The notes beneath the pieces are model-generated. The model was not told the origin of the DNA, made no database searches, and was given only the letters and a program-made list of their open reading frames with translations. 64,000 bases of DNA from a bacterium (GTDB lineage: Bacteria; Hinthialibacterota; Hinthialibacteria; Hinthialibacterales; Hinthialibacteraceae): positions 736,001-800,000 of the forward strand of contig CAXXMV010000001.1 of the NCBI GenBank assembly GCA_963662285.2. The letters run 5' to 3'. Of this stretch, positions 38,779 to 49,776 are shown in pieces (position 1 is the stretch's first letter; each line of letters opens with the position of its first letter). The position numbers and the translations under genes were made by a program.

Positions 38779-39414
38779 TTACAGACTGCCATACCGGATA
38801 ATTTCACCCAGACTGAACACGCCGTTTGTAGGATCATACTCGACCATTCCCAGCCGGTTTTTCTTATTGGAATTTCTTTCACCGCCTTCATCATTCCAAT
38901 CAGTTTGATCTGGGCCAATGCTTTTTACATACCAATAACGATTCACTGAAACGTATCCGGTGTTACTGCCGGAGGAGGCTATCCCTATATCTTGGTTAAT
39001 TCGGTTGAGGGTCGGTTGAAATTCTTCCCGATCAGGAGTGAGGTGTCCATAACCTAAATATTGATCAGCATAATAACCGCCATATCCTCTTAAACCATCC
39101 TTAAAACGATCTACAGGATCAAAGTTTACCAGTTGAGTATTTACCAATCGTCTTAGAGGATTAGGAGAAACCGGAGAATAAGGAGGATCAAGGAAATGGT
39201 TATAATCAACTTTATATTGGACAAGCCCCATCTCGACCTGGCGCAGTAAAGAGGCTACGTCGGCTGTTTCAGCGCGTGCTTTAGCTTCCATATAGCCGGG
39301 CACAGCTATAGCTACAAGAATTGAAGCAATCCCAGCAACTAATAATAATTCCACAGCAGAAAATGCAGGTTTAATGGGCATACCTCCCCTCCCCGGGAAA
39401 GCTGATAAAAACAC
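38779..39414 (-). CDS. Prepilin/pseudopilin-like (GspG-like) protein
   Basis: AFSAVELLLVAGIASILVAIAVP class III signal; Y.VD.N, SIGPD, YDPTNG..S.GEI. Confidence 0.8.
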   Translation of the reverse strand: MFLSAFPGRGGMPIKPAFSAVELLLVAGIASILVAIAVPGYMEAKARAETADVASLLRQVEMGLVQYKVDYNHFLDPPYSPVSPNPLRRLVNTQLVNFDPVDRFKDGLRGYGGYYADQYLGYGHLTPDREEFQPTLNRINQDIGIASSGSNTGYVSVNRYWYVKSIGPDQTDWNDEGGERNSNKKNRLGMVEYDPTNGVFSLGEIIRYGSL

Positions 39415-39738
39415 CTACAGCTAACCTACAGGGTTTAGCTTATAGAAAAAAACGCTGATGTCAAGAGTATTTTTTTCTATCCATTTACACAACCTACAGA
39501 AACATTATAGCAGATGATTGAATCATTTGGAATACATATCATAAAAATATCCAATCACTTATATCTATATAATGGTTTATATAATAATATTATGCATCCC
39601 TTAAAATCCGGAAAAAACGTTATTTCAGATTACAAAACATGATACTAAACTAACATAGTTTTAAGGACTACTCAAGTTTTTTCTTGAAATTTTCTTAAAT
39701 TTATTTAATTCTTCTTAAATTCAATACACTCATGTTCA

Positions 39739-40644
39739 CTATTCTTCTATAAAGCCAAAGTCGCGAAGACGATCTTTATGTTTTCTCCATTGGTCGCTAA
39801 CCTTAACCCATAATTTCAAAAACACCTTACTATCAAGTAATTTTTCAATTTCCAGCCGTGAATTAGTACTAATGGTTTTTATCATTTCTCCTTTTTTGCC
39901 AATGATAATTCTTTTCTGAGTCTCCCGCTCAACATGCAATACGGCTTCTATGGCATGCAGACCATCAGGGCGCTCTTTCATGCTTTCAATTTGAACGGCA
40001 AGCGAATAGGGGATTTCCTGCTTCAATTGGAGGAAGGCCTGTTCCCGGATGATCTCTTCGACAAAAAAGCGTTGCGTTCTATCACTTAGCTGATTGGATG
40101 GATAAAATTTAGGACCTTCTGAGAGTGAATCAATGATTTGTTCCAACAGGTGATCAACGCCGCCGCCGTCTAATGCAGAGATATAAAATAATTGTGAAAT
40201 GGCTGGTAAATCGATTCCCTCAAGCCCCTTATCCAAATCAGCGCGTAAATCGAGGGGAACGGCGTCCATTTTATTGAAAAGAACAAATAGCGGAACAGGT
40301 AAATCGTTAAGCACCTTCGAAGCGATTACCCGTTCTCTCTTGGTAACGCCTTTTATGCCATCAATTAACCAAACCACTACATCCGAATCAGCCAGCGCCC
40401 TTCCAGCTTCACGCATCATAAATTCATGCATAGCGTCATCGGGTTCAAGCAAACCGGGAGTATCTTGAAACACAATTTGCACATCATCCCGGTCATAGAT
40501 GCCGAAAATACGGTGCCGAGTGGTTTGAGGTCTTGGAGTGACCGCCACTAGTTTTGTTTCAAGTATCTTGTTTAAGAGAGTAGATTTACCCGCATTGGGT
40601 CTACCGATAAGCGCTACGTATCCTGATTTATGTCCTGGATTCAT
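39739..40644 (-). CDS. era: GTPase Era
   Basis: GRPNAGKSTL, PQTTR, DTPG, NKMD, EIPYS, IIIGKKG KH domain. Confidence 0.96.
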   Translation of the reverse strand: MNPGHKSGYVALIGRPNAGKSTLLNKILETKLVAVTPRPQTTRHRIFGIYDRDDVQIVFQDTPGLLEPDDAMHEFMMREAGRALADSDVVVWLIDGIKGVTKRERVIASKVLNDLPVPLFVLFNKMDAVPLDLRADLDKGLEGIDLPAISQLFYISALDGGGVDHLLEQIIDSLSEGPKFYPSNQLSDRTQRFFVEEIIREQAFLQLKQEIPYSLAVQIESMKERPDGLHAIEAVLHVERETQKRIIIGKKGEMIKTISTNSRLEIEKLLDSKVFLKLWVKVSDQWRKHKDRLRDFGFIEE

Positions 40645-40662
40645 TTGGTTTAATGGCCTTAA

Positions 40663-43600
40663 TTATCTTTCTGGTTTAGTAGATGGCGTTCTTCTTAATT
40701 GTACTTGAACCGATTCGCTTGACGCGGGAGATTCAAGACTTTGGTTGATAAAGAACATTATCTGATTTTTCACATTGTCCGATATTACCAGATCATCAAG
40801 GGAATCATTGTTTAAGTTAACAGTTGAAATTGAAAAACTCTGATTCAATGGAAAACTATCGGCTATCGGATTCACTACTGCATCATCATACCTCCCCGCA
40901 TCAGAACTGCAAACCATAAGCAGACTAGGTTTCTCTGATTCAATATCCTGCCCGGCCAATATAAATTCCCATTTACCATCTCCATCATAATCACCTCCGG
41001 TTATACCGCGCATTATAAAGTCAGGCGTAGAATAATGATCCCACATGATTTTTTGATCCACCAAACCATATCCAATAAACAATTCCCGGAAAAATGTATA
41101 TACCGCGATACAGGAAGGATATCCATCAACAAACCGTCCTTTCATCAATCCCAGAGGAATATTTCCTGAAACAGCCAAATCCATTTCTTTTGCCATAATT
41201 ATCCGTGGAATATTATTCTTGATTGAGCATACATAGATCATGTTTGGATTAACGCTGGTAAATACCATTTCATCAATACTATCTTCATCAATATCAACCG
41301 CAATAACATGAACCGGATTACCTTCAATATCTAATGAATTGCGCATTTCAATTGATCGATCTTTACCAATCGCCAAAACGCCAATTTCTTCATATCCAAG
41401 GCAAACCAGAGAACTTTCATGGAAATTCAGAAAATACCCTGGCGCCATATATTTATATTTTGCCGAGTGTCCTTGCTCCAAAGGCAGAGATACCCGAAAT
41501 GGTAAATCTATATCAGAATAATCATCCAGAGTTCCATCGCCGCATCCCCAATAAATGCGGATATGTGAATTGAAACCTGCCAAAAGCGCAATATCTTCAA
41601 AACCATCTACATCCAGGTCTCCCACACACGCCTCAAAACAACCTTCTCCACCGGCATCCAGCGATATCTTTTGATATTCTTCATGGGTAATACTCAACAA
41701 CAATGTCGCGGCATCGCCATCCCAATCCGCTGTCAGTAAATCGGTAATCCCATCTCCATTCAAATCCTCTGAGACCAGATCAATCGGAGACGATCCAGTA
41801 TGCTCAACTCTGGTTAATTTGAAGGACATTCTTTTTTCTTTGGATAAAATCAACAGATCCGACATGGGTGTTGGAGTTGGATTTGGCGTTTTTATTTCAA
41901 TTGGCGTAAATGTCGGGATTCTATTTGGAGAAATCTCTCGTGGTTCCACTGTTGGCTTTGGAACCGGAGTTAATCTACTTCCAGGCTCAACAACCAGCGG
42001 GAATGTAAGCGTAGGCGTTGCAGTAGACTTAATCCCAGGAGTACTACTTGGCGTATTAGTCGGTTCCGGCGTAGGTTCGATATATTTAGCAATCACAGGC
42101 AACTGAAAAAACTTATTCAACTGGAGTTCATTTGGTTTCATCCAAACCCGACCATCCGGCAATACCCTCGCTTCCTGGATATTCTCCGGCAAGGATTCCA
42201 GAATATCAAATACAATCCAGTTGCGAGGAATATCTTGCGGGATCACTTTGTCATACAAAGAAAATTCAGTAACTTTTCCATCATTCTCAGAAACCAAACT
42301 TACCGGATCGTAAAACACCTGTTCCAAAATTAAATGCGAAACTTTTATGAATATTCTTCGCGCTACTGATAAATAACCATCCGATGCGCGAATGACTGCT
42401 GAATAAAGGCCTACTGATTTTGGATTCTTGATGGACAATCGCGCATTTTCATCAATTACCAAGTCTGGAGAATCAATATTTGATTTATCGACTGTCCAAA
42501 CAAGATATTTTCTGGATTTTTCACTAGCGATCAAATAATCGTTTAAGTTCAATACTCCCTCTATAGACTGATTAATAATTACGCGAAGATCGGGAATTCT
42601 GTTCAACTGAATAAATGATGGGATATCTTCAAATCGTATCTGTGTTGGAGTTCTTGTTGGAGTTGCAGTAACTGTGGGCGTCTTTGTGGCCGTTATTGTT
42701 GGAGTATTGGTTGGCGTAAAACTTGGCTCTACTATTGGCGTCATGCTTGGCGTTGGACTGAATGTACTGGTCAGCGTCGCTGTACTGGTTGCTGTTCTGG
42801 TTGGAGAATTGATTGGTTCTAACGTTGGCGTCGCGCTTGGAGTTACATTAAATACGCTGGTCACTGTCGCTGTATTGGTTGCTGTACTCGTTGGAGACTT
42901 GGTAGGCGTAAATGTTGGTAAAGGGGTATAAGAAGGCGCTGGCGTGAAGGTTGGCGCAGACGTAAACGTTGGCTCAGGCGTGAAGGTTGATACGGGCGTA
43001 TAGGTTGGCGCAGGAGTAAAAGTGGGAACTGGCGTCGCCGTGTTTGTTGGTGTTCCGGTTGGTGTTCCGGTTGGTGTTCCGGTTGGTGTTCCGGTTTGCG
43101 TGTTGATTGGCGCCGCCGTCGGCGTTGCGCTTGGCGTTGGACTGAAGGTGCTGGTAACCGTCGCCGTGTTGGTTGGCGTATTGGTTGGTTCTACCGTCGG
43201 CGTTGCGCTTGGCGTTGGGCTGAAAGTGCTGGTGGCTGTCGCCGTGTTGGATGGCGTGTTGATTGGCTCTACCGTTGGCGTCGCGCTTGGCGTTGGACTG
43301 GAGGCGCTTGTCGCTGTTGCCGTATTTGTTGGCGTATTGGTTGGCTCCGCCGTTGGCGTCGCGCTTGGCGTTGGACTGGAGGCGCTTGTCGCTGTTGCCG
43401 TATTTGTTGGCGTATTGGTTGGCTCCGCCGTCGGCGTTGCGCTTGGCGTTGGGCTGAAAGTGCTTGTCGCTGTTGCCGTATTTGTTGGCGTATGGGTTGG
43501 CTCTACCGTCGGCGTTGCGCTTGGCATTGGACTGAAAGTGCTGGTGGCTGTTGCCGTATTTGTTGGCTTATTGGTTAGCGTCGCCGTCGGCGTTGCGCTT

Positions 43601-44589
43601 GGCTTTGGACTGAAAGTGCTGGTGGCTGTTGCCGTATTTGTTGGCTTATTGGTTAGCGTCGCCGTCGGCGTTGCGCTTGGCGTTGGGCTGAAAGTGCTGG
43701 TGGCTGTCGCCGTGTTGGATGGCGTGTTGATTGGCTCTACCGTTGGCGTCGCGCTTGGCGTTGGACTGGAGGCGCTTGTCGCTGTTGCCGTATTTGTTGG
43801 CGTATTGGTTGGCTCCGCCGTCGGCGTTGCGCTTGGCGTTGGGCTGAAAGTGCTGGTGGCTGTCGCCGTATTGGATGGCGTATGGGTTGGCTCTACCGTT
43901 GGCGTTGCGCTTGACGTTGGACTAAAGGTGCTGGTGGCTGTTGCCATGTTGGTTGGAGTATTGGTTAGAGCCGCCGTCGGCGTTGCGCTTGGCTTTGGAC
44001 TGAAAGTGCTGGTGGCTGTTGCCGTATTTGTTGGCTTATTGGTTAGCGTCGCCGTCGGCGTTGCGCTTGGCTTTGGACTGAAAGTGCTGGTGGCTGTTGC
44101 CGTATTTGTTGGCTTATTGGTTAGCGTCGCCGTCGGCGTTGCGCTTGGCGTTGGGCTGAAAGTGCTGGTGGCTGTTGCCGTGTTTGATGGCGTGTTGGTT
44201 AGCTCTACCGATGGTGTTGCGCTTGGCTTTGGACTGGAGGTGCTTGTCGCTGTTGCCGTATTTGTTGGCGTATTGGTTAGCGTCGCCGTCGGCGTTGCGC
44301 TTGGCGTTGGACTGAAAGTGCTGGTGGCTGTCGCCGTGTTGGTTGGCGTGCTGGTGGAAGTATTGGTTGGCGTAAAGGTTGGAGTTGCGCTTGGTGTTGG
44401 AGAAGAGGTTGGTGTTAGAGTATTAACCGGCGTTTTAATAACAGTTGGGGTTGGCGTATCTGTTGCTGTTGGAGTAAAAGTCATTGTGGGCGTTGCGTTT
44501 GGAGAAACGGCAAAGCTCTTAGTGACAAGAAAAACCAACCATAAAGTTAGAAGAACCTTTTGAAGATTCATTTTCCAAAAGTTTTTCAT
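40663..44589 (-). CDS. Secreted mucin-like Thr/Pro-rich repeat protein with C-terminal FG-GAP/VCBS repeats
   Basis: Signal peptide; ~620 aa T/P/S/A region; [39 protein letters not shown]. Confidence 0.85.
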   Translation of the reverse strand: MKNFWKMNLQKVLLTLWLVFLVTKSFAVSPNATPTMTFTPTATDTPTPTVIKTPVNTLTPTSSPTPSATPTFTPTNTSTSTPTNTATATSTFSPTPSATPTATLTNTPTNTATATSTSSPKPSATPSVELTNTPSNTATATSTFSPTPSATPTATLTNKPTNTATATSTFSPKPSATPTATLTNKPTNTATATSTFSPKPSATPTAALTNTPTNMATATSTFSPTSSATPTVEPTHTPSNTATATSTFSPTPSATPTAEPTNTPTNTATATSASSPTPSATPTVEPINTPSNTATATSTFSPTPSATPTATLTNKPTNTATATSTFSPKPSATPTATLTNKPTNTATATSTFSPMPSATPTVEPTHTPTNTATATSTFSPTPSATPTAEPTNTPTNTATATSASSPTPSATPTAEPTNTPTNTATATSASSPTPSATPTVEPINTPSNTATATSTFSPTPSATPTVEPTNTPTNTATVTSTFSPTPSATPTAAPINTQTGTPTGTPTGTPTGTPTNTATPVPTFTPAPTYTPVSTFTPEPTFTSAPTFTPAPSYTPLPTFTPTKSPTSTATNTATVTSVFNVTPSATPTLEPINSPTRTATSTATLTSTFSPTPSMTPIVEPSFTPTNTPTITATKTPTVTATPTRTPTQIRFEDIPSFIQLNRIPDLRVIINQSIEGVLNLNDYLIASEKSRKYLVWTVDKSNIDSPDLVIDENARLSIKNPKSVGLYSAVIRASDGYLSVARRIFIKVSHLILEQVFYDPVSLVSENDGKVTEFSLYDKVIPQDIPRNWIVFDILESLPENIQEARVLPDGRVWMKPNELQLNKFFQLPVIAKYIEPTPEPTNTPSSTPGIKSTATPTLTFPLVVEPGSRLTPVPKPTVEPREISPNRIPTFTPIEIKTPNPTPTPMSDLLILSKEKRMSFKLTRVEHTGSSPIDLVSEDLNGDGITDLLTADWDGDAATLLLSITHEEYQKISLDAGGEGCFEACVGDLDVDGFEDIALLAGFNSHIRIYWGCGDGTLDDYSDIDLPFRVSLPLEQGHSAKYKYMAPGYFLNFHESSLVCLGYEEIGVLAIGKDRSIEMRNSLDIEGNPVHVIAVDIDEDSIDEMVFTSVNPNMIYVCSIKNNIPRIIMAKEMDLAVSGNIPLGLMKGRFVDGYPSCIAVYTFFRELFIGYGLVDQKIMWDHYSTPDFIMRGITGGDYDGDGKWEFILAGQDIESEKPSLLMVCSSDAGRYDDAVVNPIADSFPLNQSFSISTVNLNNDSLDDLVISDNVKNQIMFFINQSLESPASSESVQVQLRRTPSTKPER
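43102..44350. repeat. Coding tandem repeat, ~16 x 78 bp (26 aa)
   Basis: Unit [23 protein letters not shown](A/V)(EP/TL), counted from the translation; boundaries approximate. Confidence 0.9.
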
Positions 44590-44881
44590 CAGAGAACCTG
44601 AAAAAAAAGATGACTCTTCTACTATTTAATCTCACTAGAGCGATTAGAGCGATTCTCAAAATAACGTGCGTTAATCTCGAAAAAGTACGCTATTTCTCAA
44701 ACCAGTGCATCTTACTTGCAGTAATAATACAAAATATCGTACAGATTATAATGGGACTCCATAATATATACCATATAATGCATCACGCCTAGCATATATA
44801 AATACATGTACTATTTCACAACTTATATATTAGTATTTATTAATGGTAAATTACATCGAAAGGTTTACGGGCACGGATAAT

Positions 44882-45640
44882 TCAATCCTGACCGAACCGT
44901 GACCGGCTGACCAATTCCAGCCCACGGAGATTGAGGTGAGTGTCGTGGATATCGAAGATATTTTCATCTGCGAAGATATTGCTTACGCCGCCTGTACCTA
45001 TAACGGTTGCCTTGCCTCCCAGTTTTTGCTTAATTCGTCGAATCATACCTTCAATCATGCTTAATGAACCGTAATAGATTCCCGATTTCATGTGATCAAG
45101 AGTATTTTTGGCGATTAGTTCTTTAGGTTTATCCCAAACGACGGGCGGTAGGAGGGCTGTGCGTTGAGTTAAGGCTTCGAGAGATATTTTGACGCCGGGC
45201 GCAATTGCGCCTCCCAGGTATTCTCCATCAGCGGATATGGCTTCAAAAGTGGTTGCCGTACCAAGGCTTACTACAATGGCGGGTAAATCATATAAACGGC
45301 TGACAGCAAAACAGTTAACAATTCGATCTACTCCCACGCTTTTAGGACGATCCACCAGTAACGGTAAAAGTTCAGTCTTAAAATCATCGACCATAAGTGG
45401 AGCAATATTACGCCGTTCAAAGATCAAGGTTTCAAGCAGGTCGCCTAAGGCGGGAACCACAGATCCAATCACTACGTGATCCAGGTTGGGAGTTAATGAT
45501 TCTACAATCCCATATATCTTCTCACTGTATTCAGAAGCGGAAGGAAGAAAATCATGTTGGAGGAGTGTGGAGTCCTCAAATAAACCGACATCGGTGGAAC
45601 TGTTGCCAATATCAATAGCAACGATGCGAATGGGATCCAT
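44882..45640 (-). CDS. coaX: Type III pantothenate kinase
   Basis: IDIGNS, GSVVP, GVDR, LGTATT, GGAIAPG, IGTGG. Confidence 0.93.
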   Translation of the reverse strand: MDPIRIVAIDIGNSSTDVGLFEDSTLLQHDFLPSASEYSEKIYGIVESLTPNLDHVVIGSVVPALGDLLETLIFERRNIAPLMVDDFKTELLPLLVDRPKSVGVDRIVNCFAVSRLYDLPAIVVSLGTATTFEAISADGEYLGGAIAPGVKISLEALTQRTALLPPVVWDKPKELIAKNTLDHMKSGIYYGSLSMIEGMIRRIKQKLGGKATVIGTGGVSNIFADENIFDIHDTHLNLRGLELVSRSRFGQD

Positions 45641-45643
45641 AAT

Positions 45644-46357
45644 TTATCGCGGTTCAGCGGCTTGGGCGTTAGAAGGAGAAAAACTGGAAGATGGCTTTTT
45701 ATTGGCGATATTTCTTCTTACCGATGGTGGAGGAACATCATTAATGAAGCCCATACGGGTTATTGGCCAATAGCGGAATACGGCTTTGCCCATAATATTC
45801 TCGACCGGAACACCGCCCCAGGCGCGGCTATCCCAGCTATTTCCACTATTATCGCCGAACACGTAAACCTGATCATCGGGAACATGAAAGCGGTTAGGCG
45901 AATTTCTACGCAATTTATAATACTCGTTCTCTACAAAGAAATGCGGATCATCCAGCAATTCACCATTACGGTAAATATTATTGTTGCGTACTTCTAATTC
46001 ATCACCGGGTAATCCTACTACCCGTTTGATGTAATAGGGTTTTTCCTCATAATCCAAACCCTCTATATTCTCTGTCTTGAATACAATAATATCACCTACC
46101 TCAACATCATGCAGTTGATAGGTGAACTTGCTGACAAATATCCGGTCGTTGATCTGCAAGGTATCCAACATGGATTCAGAAGGTATTTTATAGGCTTCTA
46201 TAATAAATGATTTTATTATCAGAGCCAAAATCAATGCGGTATAGAGCGCTTCGAAATTCTCATAAAAACGATAATGGTAACTGATATGGTCTACCAGCGC
46301 CCGTCCCCATGAGAAATAGCGTAATTTTGAAGCGACGTGAAAGTAAAATTTTCTCAT
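45644..46357 (-). CDS. lepB: Signal peptidase I
   Basis: IPSESMLDTL, YIKRVVGLPGD, GDN..NS.DSR.WG. Confidence 0.93.
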   Translation of the reverse strand: MRKFYFHVASKLRYFSWGRALVDHISYHYRFYENFEALYTALILALIIKSFIIEAYKIPSESMLDTLQINDRIFVSKFTYQLHDVEVGDIIVFKTENIEGLDYEEKPYYIKRVVGLPGDELEVRNNNIYRNGELLDDPHFFVENEYYKLRRNSPNRFHVPDDQVYVFGDNSGNSWDSRAWGGVPVENIMGKAVFRYWPITRMGFINDVPPPSVRRNIANKKPSSSFSPSNAQAAEPR

Positions 46358-46528
46358 ACTACCTCTTACGAAAACAATTCGACGATTATTTAAAATTCTT
46401 ACACAATATTCTAGCGTATTTAGACTGATTTGTATAATAACGTTCGTTTAAGCGTTTTATAAGAAGCCAAAAAACAAGGATTTTTTTACAATGTTTTTCA
46501 GAAAATGAACACTATTATGAGAACTACT

Positions 46529-47767
46529 CTAATCTAAAAAATTGACAAAAACCTCATTACTTACAGTGACTGCTCGATATGTAAGTCGGAGATAATCTCC
46601 ATTTTGTTCCAGTAAACCATTATCTTCAAGGCGGCTAATTGCTTTTCCCCATTTGTCAAAGGGACTGTAACCGAACCTTCTCTTGAAGCAAGAGGCGGAG
46701 ATTCCCTCCATCAGACGCAAGCCGAAAATCATGGCGTCAGATGCCATCTCATCATTTGATAATTCAACGCGCTCTTCGAGAAGTCCCGCAGTCCAGAAAT
46801 CATGGTTAAAACATTCACTGCGCAGAATCCCGACATAAGTTTCCGGATCACTGATCATAGCATAACTTAGGCGATTAATCATACCGTGAGAGGATGCTCC
46901 AACCGCCAGATAATCATTGCGCCGCCAATAAAGTTGGTTATGGAGGCTCTCTTTGCCAGAACGGCTCCAGTTCGATATTTCATACTGGTTCCAGCCATAA
47001 TCAGCCAGAAAATCCCTACTCCAATCATACATCTTAAGATACGTTTCATCCAGCACAGAGGTTATATCGCCTTGATCAATCAGCAGTTTTAACGGCGTAC
47101 CATCCTCATAGGTCAATCCATAGGCTGAGAGATGATCGGGTTGGCATTCCAGCGCTTTTTTTAATGTATCCTGCCAACTATACAACGTCTGTCCCGGAAG
47201 GGCGAAGATCAGGTCAAGCGAGATATTATCTAATCCCGCAGAGCGGGCGTAATCGATTGCTGTTCTGATATCATTGGACTTATGCACCCGTCCCAGTATT
47301 GCCAACTGGTCATCATCAAAAGATTGCGCTCCAAGACTTACCCGGTTCAATCCATAAGGGAGCAAGGCGGTAAACAGTTCTTCCGATGAACTTTCCGGAT
47401 TGGCTTCAAGGGTAATTTCTGCATCTGCATTTAGTTTAAAATTATTATTTATAGTATCAAAAATCCTGGATAAGCGTGCTATTCCTAAAAGACTGGGAGT
47501 TCCTCCGCCAAGATAGATCGAACATAACTTACGATCTGCAATTTCATTGGCGCCGCACTCAAGATGCTGGCATATTGCATCGACATAGTAATCCATTTGT
47601 TGATCATTATTTGGAACAGAAGAGACAAAGGTGCAGTAATTACATTTGCTGCGGCAAAAGGGAATATGCAGATATAGACCAAGATCAGCATCCGGTGGTG
47701 AAGATGAGTAACTCTCTACACTGTCAGAATTACAGGAATTTGGAAAATTTTTTGCTGATTCTGCCAT
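46529..47767 (-). CDS. hemW: Radical SAM heme chaperone HemW (HemN-like)
   Basis: YLHIPFCRSKCNYC, GGGTPS, EANP, YEISN, HNQLYW. Confidence 0.9.
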   Translation of the reverse strand: MAESAKNFPNSCNSDSVESYSSSPPDADLGLYLHIPFCRSKCNYCTFVSSVPNNDQQMDYYVDAICQHLECGANEIADRKLCSIYLGGGTPSLLGIARLSRIFDTINNNFKLNADAEITLEANPESSSEELFTALLPYGLNRVSLGAQSFDDDQLAILGRVHKSNDIRTAIDYARSAGLDNISLDLIFALPGQTLYSWQDTLKKALECQPDHLSAYGLTYEDGTPLKLLIDQGDITSVLDETYLKMYDWSRDFLADYGWNQYEISNWSRSGKESLHNQLYWRRNDYLAVGASSHGMINRLSYAMISDPETYVGILRSECFNHDFWTAGLLEERVELSNDEMASDAMIFGLRLMEGISASCFKRRFGYSPFDKWGKAISRLEDNGLLEQNGDYLRLTYRAVTVSNEVFVNFLD

Positions 47768-47885
47768 TTCGGGGAAAAAAATTCCTGTTTCAGATTTGCA
47801 TATACAGATATGCAGCGCACTTTTAATCCTAGCAAGTATCGAAGATTAGGCAAGTTAGCAAGAGAATAGGTCACTCTTTTCAAAT

Positions 47886-47901
47886 TGGTACGGCGGTTGC
47901 A
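47886..47901 (+). promoter_or_regulatory. Sigma54 promoter divergent from hemW
   Basis: TGGTACGGCGGTTGCA, near-consensus TGGCACG-N4-TTGCW. Confidence 0.65.
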
Positions 47902-48323
47902 ATTGCCATTGATTGTATACGATTCTGGAAATCGCTTCAAACTAACGGATTTCAGATAGAACTGGCTCTGCACCATAAAATCGGTTAAAGCGCAAGTGCG
48001 GGTGTGGATCAAGCGCAAGTTGGGATTTATGCGAAAACGCAATATCTCTGTCTGAATGAAAAAACTTAATCTCAATTCAGCATCTTTCTGAATGAAAGGA
48101 GCACTGATATTTGAATAGATTTGGTTATTATCAGCCCCAATGGGGCAACGTTATTAAAAACCGTGGCATAGTCCTGGATAGGGACAAGTCTGACTCAATA
48201 TCATTTGTCTAATTTGGATATTTATGATTTTTAATGATTAGATTTATGTTATAAAACGAACTTAATTTAATTATCCGGGGAATTGTCCCGGGGTAAATAT
48301 ATTTGAATATCGCCGGCGATAAA

Positions 48324-48627
48324 TGCCGGAGAAGACACGGAGGTTTTCTCCGGCGTATAAACCGTATTACGCAACATGGGTTGAGGGAATCCATAGACGC
48401 CGACTACGGATTGTAATCGCCTCAGGCGCTTTATATTATCGCGATTGTCAGAATAGTGCGTTTAAACACAGTCTTTTGGCAACCGCATTAAGAGGGCGAA
48501 ACCCAAGTGGGATAGCTATGTCTGCGTAAATGCAACCAAATGATGAATGCGTGACGACGCATCAGCTTTTACATCATTTTTCGCTTATTTTCCACGGAGG
48601 GAAAATCCGGATTGATGAGGAGAAATC
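48324..48627 (+). ncRNA. Candidate structured RNA / 5' leader with CsrA-type GGA loops
   Basis: Hairpins 48324-48355 and 48587-48606 both have loop ACGGAG; long-range helix 48367-48379 with 48516-48529; GGGC-GAAA-CCC element. Confidence 0.45.
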
Positions 48628-49029
48628 ATGAGTAACATTCACAACCAGTTTTATGAGGAAGACCGGCTCAAAAGAAAAGAAGCCTATTTAATGGCCAAGG
48701 GGAATCCATGGCTATTATGGCGCTTACAGGCATTTCGCGCGGGGTATATTCCACCGTTATTGCCGGGAAGCATTCCAGCCGATATGATCGGAATTCCACT
48801 CGGTCCGCAGGATGATTACAATGCGGAACAGTTAGTTAAACACGCCAATAATGTTCGTGTTCGTGAGAAGAGTTATCTGGCCAAGATGTTCACCGTTCTG
48901 GTTATAACCGCGACGCTATTGTTCAGTTTGAGTTTCTTTTTGCATTATAAAACCGGCAGCAAATTCCGCATCCCTATGCTGGATTCCATGTCGCCGCTCA
49001 TGCAGACAAACCAAACATATTCACGTTAA
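48628..49029 (+). CDS. Hypothetical single-pass membrane protein
   Basis: GAGGAG RBS; one TM segment MFTVLVITATLLFSLSFFL; own terminator. Confidence 0.7.
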   Translation: MSNIHNQFYEEDRLKRKEAYLMAKGNPWLLWRLQAFRAGYIPPLLPGSIPADMIGIPLGPQDDYNAEQLVKHANNVRVREKSYLAKMFTVLVITATLLFSLSFFLHYKTGSKFRIPMLDSMSPLMQTNQTYSR

Positions 49030-49054
49030 ACCAAGTACTTTCAATTAAAACATT

Positions 49055-49090
49055 AAATCCCCTGCTTTTTCACATGCGGGGGATTTTTTT
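49055..49090 (+). terminator. Intrinsic terminator
   Basis: AAATCCCCTGC...GCGGGGGATTTTTTT. Confidence 0.8.
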
Positions 49091-49134
49091 ATCAAACTGT
49101 TTTATGTACGACAGGATCGAATTATACCTGGGCC

Positions 49135-49467
49135 TTAACGATTGGCTGCTTTCAATGGTTTGAAGGTTATAGAATAACCAAATGTCTCCAGGATACGCTG
49201 AAGGTTCCTAAAACGAGGATTTCCTGATGAAGAAAGCGTCTTATACAAACTTTCCCGTGAAAGGTTGGTTTTTTTTGCCAATTCCGTCATCCCGCCATTG
49301 GCTTTGGCCACTTGGCGTAACGCCGAAAGCAATGCGCCTTCATCCGGGTCTTTTTCGTACTCTTCAAGGACTGTTTGCAGAAATCCTTCCACTTCTTCCG
49401 GGTGTTCTTTGAAGCGTTCTTCTACAACCTCGTCAAAAGTTCTGTATCTAATCTTCTTTTTGCTCAT
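49135..49467 (-). CDS. Addiction module antidote protein (HI1420-like HTH antitoxin)
   Basis: ALRQVAKA.GGMTELA.KT.LSRESLYKTLS..GNP. Confidence 0.9.
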   Translation of the reverse strand: MSKKKIRYRTFDEVVEERFKEHPEEVEGFLQTVLEEYEKDPDEGALLSALRQVAKANGGMTELAKKTNLSRESLYKTLSSSGNPRFRNLQRILETFGYSITFKPLKAANR

Positions 49468-49771
49468 GATACTGTCTCCAATATATTAACGCCTTTTCAA
49501 TGTCCCGTTTCTGACTGCTTTTGTCACCACCGCACAGTAAAATAACGATCTCGCCACCATCTCTACCAAAGTATACTCGTAATCCCCCATCAAAGAAAAA
49601 ACGTAGTTCAAAAACACCTGCTCCAACACGTTTATAATCACCGAAATTCCCTTTTTCAATACGATAAATTCGGTCGAAAACACGATCTTTCGTCTTTGGC
49701 GCAAGAGAGTTCAACCATTCTGTAAATGGTTCCTTTTTCCTTTCATCTTCAAAAACGCGAATATGAAACAT
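49448..49771 (-). CDS. RelE/ParE-superfamily addiction module killer protein (HI1419-like)
   Basis: PF.EWL..L, RI.RI..GNFGD.K.VG.GV.ELR, G.RVYFG, ILLCGGDKSSQ.RDI..A. Confidence 0.9.
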   Translation of the reverse strand: MFHIRVFEDERKKEPFTEWLNSLAPKTKDRVFDRIYRIEKGNFGDYKRVGAGVFELRFFFDGGLRVYFGRDGGEIVILLCGGDKSSQKRDIEKALIYWRQYHEQKED

Positions 49772-49776
49772 TCTAT

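Noticed and set aside
43102-44350. Regular repeat array as a CRISPR
   Set aside because: In-frame coding tandem repeat with no unique spacers and no cas genes
43022-44563. 513 aa Val/Gly/Ala ORF on the + strand
   Set aside because: Antisense shadow of the Thr/Pro repeat gene
47716-48075. 119 aa minus-strand ORF
   Set aside because: Overlaps the hemW start, TTG start, no recognisable motifs
48294-48322. Sigma28 promoter (TAAA...GGCGATAA)
   Set aside because: Spacing is 17 rather than 15 and the -10 is imperfect; the overlapping TATCGCCGGCGATA palindrome is unexplained
48323-48529. 68 aa ORF, or known riboswitch (SAM-I, glycine, guanidine-I, c-di-AMP) or 6S RNA
   Set aside because: ORF lacks an RBS and recognisable features; only isolated short motif matches to the RNA families, not in the right order
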